Below the pieces are notes generated by a model. The model ran no database searches and was not told the origin of the DNA. It saw nothing but the letters and a program-made list of their open reading frames with translations. A DNA stretch of 64,000 nucleotides from Octopus bimaculoides (lineage: Eukaryota): NCBI RefSeq assembly GCF_001194135.2, contig NC_068984.1, positions 133,801,496-133,865,495 of the forward strand, in the 5' to 3' direction. This document shows positions 12,061 through 23,187 of the stretch, piece by piece (the stretch's first letter is position 1; every line of letters starts with the position of its first letter). A program made the translations under genes and the position numbers.

Positions 12061-12437
12061 TTGTTGGCACTCCGTCGCTTACGACATCGAGGATTCCAGT
12101 TGATCCGATCAACGGAACAGCCTGCTCGTGAAATTAACGTGCAAGTGGCTGAGCACTCCACACACACGTGTACCCTTAACGTAGTTCTCGGGGATATTCA
12201 GCGTGACACAGTGTGACAAGGCTGGCCCTTTGAAATACAGGTACAACAGAAACAGGAAGAAAGAGTGAGAGAAAGTTGTAGTGAAAGAGTACAGCAGGAT
12301 TCGCCACCATCCCCTGCCGGAGCCTCGTGGAGCTTTAGGTGTTTTCGCTCAATAAACTCTCACAACGCCCGGTCTGGGAATCGAAACCGCGATCCTATGC
12401 CCGCGAGTCCGCTGCCCTAACCACTGGGCCATTGCAC
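12061..12437 (-). mobile_element. Family R SINE, full length
   Basis: Collinear with 9352-9733. Confidence 0.85.
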
Positions 12438-12595
12438 CTACATCTATATGTATATATACATGCATATATGGGTACAGGACATAAAAAAAAACGTTAAACA
12501 CAATGAAAAACGAAAATGAACATTTTTCGAACAACGAACAATACAAACGAACAAGAAACGAGACATGCAACATAAAGAATATACCCCTGGTATTC

Positions 12596-12727
12596 ATTTC
12601 ATTGACCCCGAAAGGATGAAAGGCAAAGTCGACTTCGGTGGAATTTGAACGCAGAATGTGAAGACGGACGAAATACCGCTGAGCATCTTGTCCGGTGTGC
12701 TAACGATTCATCCAGCTCGCCGTCTTG
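12596..12727 (-). mobile_element. Family M SINE, 5' part
   Basis: GACCCCGAAAGGATGAAAGGCAAAGTCGAC...CCAGCTCGCCGTCTT. Confidence 0.75.
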
Positions 12728-12879
12728 AAGCTTCAAATAATATTCATTAGCCGACATAACGCAAACCAACCTGTTCTAATTCAGTCAGGTTTTCTATTTA
12801 GATTTTTAAAGAACTTCTCTACTTGGTAGAAATGTATTCACAGTTGTTTTAATTAATGTTTATCTCCTAATTGTTGCAG

Positions 12880-13094
12880 TCCTGGAAGCATCAGCGTAAA
12901 GTTCCGTATTCTTTTCAATACAAGTTTGGATAAGATTCCAGGAGATAACGTAACTAAGGAAATGACCTTTTCTGTAGTGCCACCACTCGAAAAAGAAGGG
13001 AAACAGTTACAAGGAAGAATCATTCATTATATAAGGACAACAATTATCGAAGCCAACAGATTGAGGATTAATCGAACGACAGTTAAGATACTAG
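12880..13094 (+). CDS. Exon C of SEA-Fz-LDLa gene (SEA C-terminal part with GSISV motif)
   Basis: ttgttgcag| and |gtaaga; phase 2 to 1; PGSISVKFRILF...RINRTTVKIL matches the SEA F..GS(V/I)xVxF signature. Confidence 0.85.
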
Positions 13095-13313
13095 GTAAGA
13101 GAGATTCCGCTTTTGATAAGACTACATTCTGCTTGCAATAGAACCGCCTTCCAAATATCTTCCTACTTTTTATCTGTAATTAAACTATTGTATATCAGTG
13201 ATAAAGCTACCTTCTACATGTGATAAATCCAACATGTATTTTTTGACAGTATTTTATGCTGCTATCTCCTGGTAGATAGTGAACCCGGAAAAGGTAATAG
13301 GAAAGGGAAATGA

Positions 13314-13344
<31 letters not shown>

Positions 13345-14288
13345 TGTATGTATGTATGTATGTATGTATGCATGTTTGTATGTATGTATGTATGTATGCA
13401 TGTATGTATNNNNNNNNNNNNNNNNNNNNNNNNNNNNNNNNNNNNNNNNNNNNNNNNNNNNNNNNNNNNNNNNNNNNNNNNNNNNNNNNNNNNNNNNNNN
13501 NNNNNNNNNNNNNNNNNNNNNNNNNNNNNNNNNNNNNNNNNNNNNNNNNNNNNNNNNNNNNNNNNNNNNNNNNNNNNNNNNNNNNNNNNNNNNNNNNNNN
13601 NNNNNNNNNNNNNNNNNNNNNNNNNNNNNNNNNNNNNNNNNNNNNNNNNNNNNNNNNNNNNNNNNNNNNNNNNNNNNNNNNNNNNNNNNNNNNNNNNNNN
13701 NNNNNNNNNNNNNNNNNNNNNNNNNNNNNNNNNNNNNNNNNNNNNNNNNNNNNNNNNNNNNNNNNNNNNNNNNNNNNNNNNNNNNNNNNNNNNNNNNNNN
13801 NNNNNNNNNNNNNNNNNNNNNNNNNNNNNNNNNNNNNNNNNNNNNNNNNNNNNNNNNNNNNNNNNNNNNNNNNNNNNNNNNNNNNNNNNNNNNNNNNNNN
13901 NNNNNNNNNNNNNNNNNNNNNNNNNNNNNNNNNNNNNNNNNNNNNNNNNNNNNNNNNNNNNNNNNNNNNNNNNNNNNNNNNNNNNNNNNNNNNNNNNNNN
14001 NNNNNNNNNNNNNNNNNNNNNNNNNNNNNNNNNNNNNNNNNNNNNNNNNNNNNNNNNNNNNNNNNNNNNNNNNNNNNNNNNNNNNNNNNNNNNNNNNNNN
14101 NNNNNNNNNNNNNNNNNNNNNNNNNNNNNNNNNNNNNNNNNNNNNNNNNNNNNNNNNNNNNNNNNNNNNNNNNNNNNNNNNNNNNNNNNNNNNNNNNNNN
14201 NNNNNNNNNNNNNNNNNNNNNNNNNNNNNNAGTAGACAAACGAAAGAAGGGCATTCAACACATTTATTAGGAGTTACATGTATGGATT

Positions 14289-14623
14289 AAAACTCTTTGG
14301 TACTCTGAGTTTCAAGCGTGACGCTAATCTTCGGCCATTGGAATTTGAATCAGAGTCAATGCTTATTATGGACGTTAGCCTGCGAGTGGTCGAGAAAGGT
14401 CACGCAGTGTCACAGTATGATGTTGGTATTTCAGTGACAACAACTACTTGGAAATTATTGTCGCTGAAATACCAACATCAAACTATGACACTACGTGACC
14501 ATTCTCGACCAATCGCAGGCTAACGTCTGTAATAAGCAATGACTCTCTTCAACCGTCCTCTCATTCAAACTCCAATAGCCGAAGATAAGCGCCACGCTTG
14601 AAACTTAGAGTACCAATGAGTTT
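14289..14623. repeat. Long foldback element
   Basis: 14289-14440 is the reverse complement of 14458-14623 (~150 bp, scattered mismatches, one indel); 17 nt spacer. Confidence 0.85.
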
Positions 14624-14814
14624 GACTCAAACTGTTTTGAATAAAAATCGTGTTATAATTTCAACTAGGCCGTCTATGCAATGACACTCAATCAAATTAC
14701 AAGTTTACAAACACAGAAAGGGATTAAATAACTTTTGGTACAATTTTACAAAGTTTTGTTGAAACTTTTCTGAATCAGAAAAGTATTTCGATTTCTGAAT
14801 AACACAACGAAGCC

Positions 14815-14982
14815 ATGACTTACATATTTATTCTTAATACGTTCCGGCAGATGCGAACGTGATTCGTCACAAGAGAACGGCTTCCTCATTACGGCGAATA
14901 CGTGTTCAAAGGAGTTGTTCTTCTGTGACGAAGTGCTTAATACGTTCTGCCGGAACGTATTAAGAGTAAATACGCAAGTCAT
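14815..14982. repeat. Short palindromic element with nested hairpins
   Basis: 36-bp terminal IR (14815-14850 / 14947-14982, 3 mismatches), inner IR TTCGTCAC..GAAC, and a perfect 12-bp hairpin at 14936-14964. Confidence 0.8.
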
Positions 14983-15077
14983 CGTTCTGATTATAGCTGT
15001 TCACCGTGTATATGACGTTTATTAATAAAACCATTTCCGTTTTTAAATTTAAATTTTCTATCTTTTTCCTGAAGTTG

Positions 15078-15603
15078 GCGGTGAAATTATAAGCTTATAA
15101 CAAAAAGAAAAACTGTGTTAATGCTATTTAAGAATTTGCATGTATAAAAAAAAAATCCCATTAATTATGAAACTATAAACAATGGGAAATCGATCCTGGT
15201 AAAGAAAGCTAACATAGTATTTGTTAAATATATAAAACTGTCCTAATCTTCACAGTAGAGAATTGTAGTGATATTTATTTTTGAGAATAGGTTACGANNN
15301 NNNNNNNNNNNNNNNNNNNNNNNNNNNNNNNNNNNNNNNNNNNNNNNNNNNNNNNNNNNNNNNNNNNNNNNNNNNNNNNNNNNGCGGTGAAATTATAAGC
15401 TTATAACAAAAAGAAAAACTGTGTTAATGCTATTTAAGAATTTGCATGTATAAAAAAAAAATCCCATTAATTATGAAACTATAAACAATGGGAAATCGAT
15501 CCTGGTAAAGAAAGCTAACATAGTATTTGTTAAATATATAAAACTGTCCTAATCTTCACAGTAGAGAATTGTAGTGATATTTATTTTTGAGAATAGGTTA
15601 CGA
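15078..15603. other. 220-bp exact duplication flanking an 86-N gap (probable scaffolding overlap artefact)
   Basis: 15078-15297 is identical to 15384-15603, and the copies abut both gap edges. Confidence 0.85.
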
Positions 15604-15906
15604 AAGTAGTCTTGCTATAGACATGGCATTGAACATTCTGCTTGTAAGTCTCACATCTTGTTAGCTTGGTTAACAGTAATTCTCATTGCAAGTAGTATAA
15701 AATCAGAATAGAAAAAAAAGGTCCAAAACAACCATTCAGTTAGTTATATTTTAACCAGGACGTTAGAGAAAATAACTTGAAACGGTAAACTTATTGTTAT
15801 AACGCCATTTAAACAATCTCGGAGGTGTACTTATCAGGCAAGTGATTTGCCCTAGGTATTGGGAAGACACTCGGCAAGAAATGGAAACAAAATTGAAAGA
15901 AGAGGA

Positions 15907-15996
<90 letters not shown>

Positions 15997-16060
15997 CAAC
16001 AATAATAATAGTAATAATAACAATAATTTACTAAACGTTTTTTTGTTTGTTTTGTTCTAG

Positions 16061-16738
16061 AAATACTGTCTGGAAACAGAGTGCTGAAGTTGACAAATAA
16101 TTATCCTCTTGACCGTCGAAAACTTGATTGGAAGAAATTGTGGGAGAAAATGAAAGCGTCGTCCAGTTCTAATGATGTGATTGCATCAGTCATGCAGAAT
16201 GGGAAAAAGCGAAAGAAAACAAATCAGACTGTTTGGGGAACAACAGAGACCAATCTACCAAACATTTCTAATCAAGCGGTAAAGTACGGTACATCTTCTT
16301 GGACAACAAGAACAACAGGGAAGTCTACAACAACAAATTCAACAATGAAGACAATAGCTGTATCATTAAGAACAAATCGAACTTCTCAAATGGAACAAGC
16401 GGAGATATCAACTTCTAGAGACTTAACAATAAAATACCAACATGAGACAGCAACCAAAAACGGTGTTTCTGAACAAAATATAAATTTAAATGACAGCTCA
16501 AAAAATTCCCAAAGCACACCAGTTAAAGAAATTTCAATTGGATCAGAGGAAGGAATTAAGCATAAAGATTTAAACCATCAAATCAACAACACTTTAGATC
16601 CAAAAAAGCATCTAGGTAATAAGGGAACTAATATTACCTATCAATTGAATTCTACGTCAACTGTTAAGTATATGACAGGTCTAAGGACTGAACTTGAAAA
16701 CTTTATATCAACTACAAGAAGCATTGCTGAGCAAACCC
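16061..16738 (+). CDS. Exon D of SEA-Fz-LDLa gene: Ser/Thr/Asn-rich mucin-like stalk
   Basis: ttttgttctag| acceptor in phase 1 matching exon C; 226 open codons, S/T/N-rich; donor gtatgt at 16739 (alternative gtataa at 16743). Confidence 0.8.
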
Positions 16739-16779
16739 GTATGTATAAATATATTTATTTGATATTTATCTCTACTTAA

Positions 16780-17100
16780 AAGTGGATGTTCTGTTAGAAC
16801 ACACAATACTGTGTTATTTATCACGAGAGAACCTCTCGTATGGATTTGTGGTGCATAAAAGCACCCGTGTTTATATTACTGGTGGGAGATAGTCGTCCGC
16901 TGGCGCCGCCAGAACTGCTAGATCACGTTATTTCGGCTTTCCTTGGCCTTGTCAATGACATATGTTCGCGGCTTGACATAGCAGCGATTCCTCCATCAGC
17001 GATGTCTACATTTTCAGTGTCGATTCAGGCACTAAGTCCAAACGAAAGGTTCTCTCGTAGTAAATAACGCAGTACTCTGTGTCCTAACACACGTCCACTT
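16780..17100. mobile_element. MITE with TTAA target duplication (Kolobok-like termini)
   Basis: TTAA at 16776-16779 and 17101-17104; ~55-bp imperfect TIR AAGTGGA...GAGAGAACCT; termini AA...TT rather than piggyBac CC...GG. Confidence 0.8.
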
Positions 17101-17195
17101 TTAAGTGGGGATAAATATTACCTTTTAGTATTATTCTACCTTCGATCGCATTGTTTACATAGACGTATTCGTATATGAAACTTTATAACTTTCAG

Positions 17196-17269
17196 TGATG
17201 GCTCTAATTTCTATAGAATATCTGTAGAGATAACTTTAAAAATGTGTTTGAATTGCACTGCTAACACAG
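17196..17269 (+). CDS. Exon E of SEA-Fz-LDLa gene (short linker; acceptor at 17195 or 17227)
   Basis: ctttcag| opens DGSNFYRISVEITLKMCLNCTANT ending G|gtagga (phase 1, matches exon F); 5' boundary ambiguous. Confidence 0.55.
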
Positions 17270-17391
17270 GTAGGACATGGTATTGACCTATAAACTTTAA
17301 GTATACTCCATAGTATATTATGGTTGCATAACAAAATACGGTACATTATTTACAATTGACGGATATTTGTCCTCATTTTGTTTCTTGTTAA

Positions 17392-17437
17392 TACAACGTT
17401 TCGGCTGATATACGCTCCAGCCTTCATCAGGTGTCTA
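17392..17437 (-). ncRNA. Minimal type I hammerhead ribozyme-like motif (intact core)
   Basis: Minus strand: CTGATGA-A-GGCTG-loop-CAGCC-GAAA-CGTT; 5-bp stem II; palindromic ACGT stem III. Confidence 0.65.
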
Positions 17438-17455
17438 GGGGAAATTTCGAACCTG

Positions 17456-17499
<44 letters not shown>

Positions 17500-17544
17500 T
17501 CGAAAAATACCTTAGGAATGAGAACCCAGGTTCGAAATTTCCCC

Positions 17545-17590
17545 AAGACACCAGATGAAGGCTGGAGGGTATATCAGCCGAAACGTTGTA
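17545..17590 (+). ncRNA. Hammerhead-like motif with U4>A core change
   Basis: CAGATGA-A-GGCTG-loop-CAGCC-GAAA-CGTT. Confidence 0.5.
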
Positions 17591-18285
17591 TTAACAAACA
17601 AGATGAGGACAAATATCCGTCGAATGTAAATAATGTAAATAACGTACATAATTCCTCATCTCTTAAATATAGAACAAAATACGGTGTCACTGCCAGCAAT
17701 TAATACATATGTGTGTGAGTGTGTGTGTGTGCGTGCGTGTGTGTGTGCGTGCGTGCGTGTGTGTGTGTGTACGCGCGCGTTTATTTACTTATATTGTTGC
17801 GAGTTTCAAACTAGGCTTTTAGTTTAGTGTACCACCTACAGACTTTGTCATTTTTAAACATTCACCCATATCATTCTCTCTAAAAATGATCTCTTTCTCA
17901 TAGAAACTGTCAACGTTCCAAGACAAAAGCGTCCGCTTAGTTTTTATTTCATAGCCTCCGCATCAAAGTGCTTAGCGACCTACGAAATAAGGTTAACATT
18001 GTTGTTACAATATTCAAAACGGATGTTTAGTTTCTTCTAACCCTGTAGATATTTAAGTACGAAATTTAAGCCTCATTTATTTTCAGCATAAATTTTATGA
18101 GAAAGATATTGTAAATTACAGCTCTATTGAGATTTCCAGCTGTCATATAACAAGAAATTATGCCTCATCTGAATCGACAGCATTTTCTGTCGTTGATTTT
18201 ATATATCGATCTTTTCAGAAACATTGGTTCCAAATCCTTTCCAGATTACTAATTTTCGTGAACCAAGGGTAACCTTACTCAACAT

Positions 18286-18324
<39 letters not shown>

Positions 18325-18339
18325 TTAGATTATATTGAT

Positions 18340-18550
18340 TTCAAATTTTGGCACAAGGTCGGCAATTTCGAGAGAGGGGCTAAGTCGATTACATCGACTC
18401 CAGTGCTCAACTGATACTTATTTTATCGACCCTGACAAGATGAAAGGCAAAATCGACCTCGGCAGAATTTGATCTTAGGACGTAAAGACAGGTGAAATGT
18501 CACTAAGTATTTTGCCAGGCATGCTGACTATTCTGCTGGCTCGCCGCCCC
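18340..18550 (-). mobile_element. Family M SINE
   Basis: Reverse-complement core GATGAAAGGCAAAATCGACCTCGG. Confidence 0.75.
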
Positions 18551-19907
18551 GTTATAGTAATATTAGATTTGAAACCAGTATTAAATTTACTTATATGATT
18601 AAATGAAGTGAAGGCGCGTGCTTTAGTGGTTAGGGTATTCGGCTCACGATCGTGAGTTCATAACCCCGAAATATTGAAGTACCAACTAAAACTATCAACC
18701 TGTATTATTTTATAACTTGGATTCCTAGAACTCCTTTTTTGGGATAGCCAGTGCCTGCCCTGCCAATAAAATAAGTACTAGGCTTAAAAAGAATAAGTCC
18801 TGGGGTCGATTTGTCCGACTACGAGCGGTGCTCCAGCGTGGCCGTAGTCAAATGACTGAAACAAATAAAAGAAGAGACAAAAAAAAGAAAAAAAATAAGA
18901 AAAAGTGAAAAAAGGTAGCGGAGTACTGGGCTAGACCAACATAAAATACACACAACGCATCGCATTGTGGTGGTTAACGGAACATCCTAACTACTCGGCC
19001 ACGCGTCTTCACGAACTTGAAACAGCCGTAGCCATATTATTGATTTGCAGCGTTTGTGAGTCAAATCTCTACAGAGACCAGCTTGTACATTAGATCTTAG
19101 AACACATGAAATATAGAATACTAACTTTTGTTTTCGAACTTGATATTAAATTTCCCTGATTTTATTTACCTAATAAATGAGTAAATGTTTATTGTGAACG
19201 TTAGAAATTTTATTAAATTTATCTTGCTCTCACCGTCTGTTTCTTACGATCTATCCTCGTTCTGTTTCTCTGTGTGTCTTCCTCTATTTGTCTGAAATTT
19301 TCTGTCTGTGTGTCTTGTCCTAATTGTCTCTTTATTGTTTGTCCAGTTGTAAGATATTGCTTTCCTTATTCTTAGTTGACCTATTTCTCATTGCTCCCAA
19401 TGTTTAACAGGTGCTAAGACATATATGTAAGAGTGTGTGTATACGTGATCATGCACGTGTGTGTGTGTGTGTGTATGTGTGTATGTGTGTGTGTGTGTGT
19501 GTGTGTGACTGAGTTTGTATTTGTCCCTCCACCTGTTGACAAACGGTTTTGGCTTATTTACTTGATCATCCGTAGCGGTTTTGGCTTATTTATGCGATCA
19601 TCCATAACATCGAGATAGAGGGGGTTACAATCATTTTACCAAAAATTCCCACGCACGCGCGCACACACACGCGCACACATTCATACATTCATTCACTCAC
19701 ACACACGTGCACACACATCACTACCGTTTCTGCCTACGGTATCCACTTACAAAGGATTAATTGACCCAGGCTTAAAGTAGAAGACACATACCCAAGATGT
19801 CATGCATTTCTTAGTTTATTGTAAGTTCCTCTGGTTGCTACATCATATCATATCATATATATATATATATATATACATAGAGAGAGAGAGAGAGGGANNN
19901 NNNNNNN

Positions 19908-20097
19908 ACAACAGAAACAGGAAGAAAGAGTGAGAGACAGTTGTGGTGAAAGATTACAGCAGGGTTCGCCACCCCACTGCCGGAACCACGTGGAGTTTTA
20001 GGTGTTTTCGCTCAATAAACGCCCGGTCTGGGAATCGAAACTGCGATCCTACGACCGCGAGTCCACTGCCCTAACCACTGGGCCATTGTGCCTCCAC
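19908..20097 (-). mobile_element. Family R SINE, 5' half (between gaps)
   Basis: GTCTGGGAATCGAAAC.GCGATCCT...CCCTAACCACTGGGCCATTG.GCCTCCAC. Confidence 0.75.
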
Positions 20098-21089
20098 GAT
20101 ATAAACATTTCGCCCGGCGAAATGTTGAGCGNNNNNNNNNNNNNNNNNNNNNNNNNNNNNNNNNNNNNNNNNNNNNNNNNNNNNNNNNNNNNNNNNNNNN
20201 NNNNNNNNNNNNNNNNNNNNNNNNNNNNNNNNNNNNNNNNNNNNNNNNNNNNNNNNNNNNNNNNNNNNNNNNNNNNNNNNNNNNNNNNNNNNNNNNNNNN
20301 NNNNNNNNNNNNNNNNNNNNNNNNNNNNNNNNNNNNNNNNNNNNNNNNNNNNNNNNNNNNNNNNNNNNNNNNNNNNNNNNNNNNNNNNNNNNNNNNNNNN
20401 NNNNNNNNNNNNNNNNNNNNNNNNNNNNNNNNNNNNNNNNNNNNNNNNNNNNNNNNNNNNNNNNNNNNNNNNNNNNNNNNNNNNNNNNNNNNNNNNNNNN
20501 NNNNNNNNNNNNNNNNNNNNNNNNNNNNNNNNNNNNNNNNNNNNNNNNNNNNNNNNNNNNNNNNNNNNNNNNNNNNNNNNNNNNNNNNNNNNNNNNNNNN
20601 NNNNNNNNNNNNNNNNNNNNNNNNNNNNNNNNNNNNNNNNNNNNNNNNNNNNNNNNNNNNNNNNNNNNNNNNNNNNNNNNNNNNNNNNNNNNNNNNNNNN
20701 NNNNNNNNNNNNNNNNNNNNNNNNNNNNNNNNNNNNNNNNNNNNNNNNNNNNNNNNNNNNNNNNNNNNNNNNNNNNNNNNNNNNNNNNNNNNNNNNNNNN
20801 NNNNNNNNNNNNNNNNNNNNNNNNNNNNNNNNNNNNNNNNNNNNNNNNNNNNNNNNNNNNNNNNNNNNNNNNNNNNNNNNNNNNNNNNNNNNNNNNNNNN
20901 NNNNNNNNNNNNNNNNNNNNNNNNNNNNNNNNNNNNNNNNNNNNNNNNNNNNNNNNNNNNNNNNNNNNNNNNNNNNNNNNNNNNNNNNNNNNNNNNNNNN
21001 NNNNNNNNNNNNNNNNNNNNNNNNNNNNNNNNNNNNNNNNNNNNNNNNNNNNNNNNNNNNNNNNNNNNNNNNNNNNNNTATATGTATTA

Positions 21090-21195
21090 CAGGGTTGGCC
21101 AAAAGTTACTCCACAGTAAATCAAAAAATCAAAATTCCATAAATACTTAATATTCAATTTTATTTATTCATTCCAATTATGAATGTTTAATAATT
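21090..21195 (-). mobile_element. Partial Tc1/mariner-type MITE (same family as 24141-24341, opposite orientation)
   Basis: TA|CAGGGTTGGCCAAAAG terminus; ~100 bp matches the reverse complement of 24240-24341. Confidence 0.75.
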
Positions 21196-21232
21196 GAATG
21201 CTGTTTAGTTAAAATCATATTTTCGCTTACAG

Positions 21233-21481
21233 CCGCACCTCCTCGTTGTGACCAAATTAGTTATGAACCGTGTCGACAATACAGTTACAACTGGACTCGC
21301 ATGGACGCTCAGATGAACACTTACAGCCAAGACCAGGCTCTGTCAATGATGGATCAATTCATAGACACAGCATTACGGTTCCACTGCACTGGACCTGTAA
21401 TACATCACTTCACCTGTTCACTTTTCTTCCCCAAATGCAAAGATGGACGTATCATTATTCCCTGTGCTGCAAGATGCTATG
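21233..21481 (+). CDS. Exon F of SEA-Fz-LDLa gene: Frizzled cysteine-rich domain, main part
   Basis: cttacag| and |gtaagt; phase 1 to 1; APPRCDQISYEPCRQYSYNWT...FHCTGPVIHHFTCSLFFPKCKDGRIIIPCAARCY has the Fz CRD Cys spacing (C..YN.T; F.CSLF.P.C; PC...C). Confidence 0.9.
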
Positions 21482-21737
21482 GTAAGTCATATATACATTT
21501 ATAAATTCTTCTTTTAGCTCTTTTGGTTCCAGCCTTTAGACTGCGGCGATGCTTGATCATAGCCATGGGAGCTTGACCATAGCGATACTAATTCCTTATA
21601 ACTACACTATTTTAGTGAGGCTCATTTTATCGATTTCTATCCATTGTATTGAGCTACATCACTACAAACTCATATCCCCGAGTACATACGTAACACACGT
21701 GATATATATATATTCATCAAATTGCACCTCATAGTTG

Positions 21738-21806
21738 AGGCTCCGACGAAGTTATAAGTTATAACTATGCGCCCCCTGCATCTTATAGCCGAAACAGCTG
21801 TAAGCT
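21738..21806 (+). ncRNA. Minimal type I hammerhead ribozyme-like motif
   Basis: GGCT-CCGACGA-AGTTATAAG...CTTATAGCC-GAAACAGCTGT-A-AGCT: 8-bp stem II, perfect palindrome ACAGCTGT as stem III, GUA triplet, 4-bp stem I. Confidence 0.6.
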
Positions 21807-21879
21807 AATGAAGTTCATAACATAATCGGTTTTTTTCATCTCATATCACACACACACACACACATATGTATGTATATAT

Positions 21880-21924
<45 letters not shown>

Positions 21925-22112
21925 TACATATACTCCCAGGCGCAATGTGATGCCATAAAGGAAAAATTCAATCGCCACTAAGTGTGACTAAGGGTACCGG
22001 AACACCTACATTGCTAGAAATAAGAGTTAGAATACTCTTAATGCTGTAGGAAGAGTGGAGATATATAATATAATGACAGGGGAGGTAACCGCCCCATGAC
22101 CACCTCGAGGAT

Positions 22113-22164
22113 CAACCAGATTAGGCCTAGTTTCGCCTATACCGTAGGCATCGTCAGAGGTAAC
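22113..22164 (-). ncRNA. Degenerate hammerhead ribozyme-like motif
   Basis: Minus strand: GTTACCT-CTGACGA-T-GCCTA-cggta-TAGGC-GAAA-CTAGGCCTAAT-C-TGGTT; perfect 5-bp stem II; TAGGCCTA palindrome. Confidence 0.5.
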
Positions 22165-23149
22165 TGCTCGAATGGCTCATGGTAGGCTAATTCCGTCTTT
22201 CAGTATATATATATACTGTGTTTTTTTATTTATATTTATTAAAACATCTCCATTTGTTGCACAGTTGTGTAAATCGCCCAACGTTATATATTACGTTTTC
22301 TGAAAAAGAAAATCAACATTTAGAAAACGTCATTAAATTTCAGATGAAGGGAAGCACTAATGGTCACAGTTAGCGTATAGATCTTTATCAAACAACTTAA
22401 CCGTTGGATCGATGTGATTGGACATCGTGGCTTTCGTTGGCAGTCAAAAGCTACTGTAATAGCTGTGATAAACGAAGGTACTTAATCTAATTTTAAATCG
22501 TCGGATTTGGCAGTTCTCTTAAATGAACTATTTCTTCAACATTGTATAGTATCACACAAAGAGCGACTGAAGACGGTGTATCATACCGGTAAATCTCTCC
22601 AATTGATTTTTGGGCTCCTCAACCACACACACTCGCATGTAAACACACGTATTCACACACATTAGGTACTTAAATGAATAGTATCAGTTTTCACTCAAGA
22701 CTGTATTGGTTCAGCCACACACACACACACAGACAAACACAGACAGACACACATATGCACAGTGACATAGCTAAACAAATACTATTATCATTTTATCAGT
22801 CAATCAGCTGAATTTGTATCTGCTCAGTTAGATAACATGATTATATAGTCGACAGTCAGGCTTAGGTATTGATCTCTGTCCTCTGTCAAGACTCTCAACG
22901 TGATATCGACTCCAACAAGAAGACATAATGGACAGTCTCATTAGATATGTTTCAATGACCTTACGTCTTTCATAAAACAACAGAAAATGGACATAATATA
23001 TGTATGTATGTACACACACACACGCACACACACACACACACACACGCACACACGCACACACACATGCACACACATATATGTGTATATGTGTATGAGTGTG
23101 TGTGTATATATATATATATTTATATATGTGTGTGCGTGTGTGTATGTAT

Positions 23150-23187
<38 letters not shown>

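Larger units (their letters stand above)
17341..17676. mobile_element. Head-to-head inverted pair of Penelope-like pLTR / retrozyme-like units around (AAT)n
   Basis: 17341-17456 is the reverse complement of 17526-17636; each arm carries a hammerhead core. Confidence 0.75.

Noticed and set aside
15078-15603. Tandem 220-bp duplication as a biological repeat
   Set aside because: The copies are identical and abut both edges of an N-gap, which is typical of unmerged contig overlap.
16840-17067. 75-aa ORF after exon D
   Set aside because: It lies wholly inside the TTAA-flanked MITE and has no protein motif.
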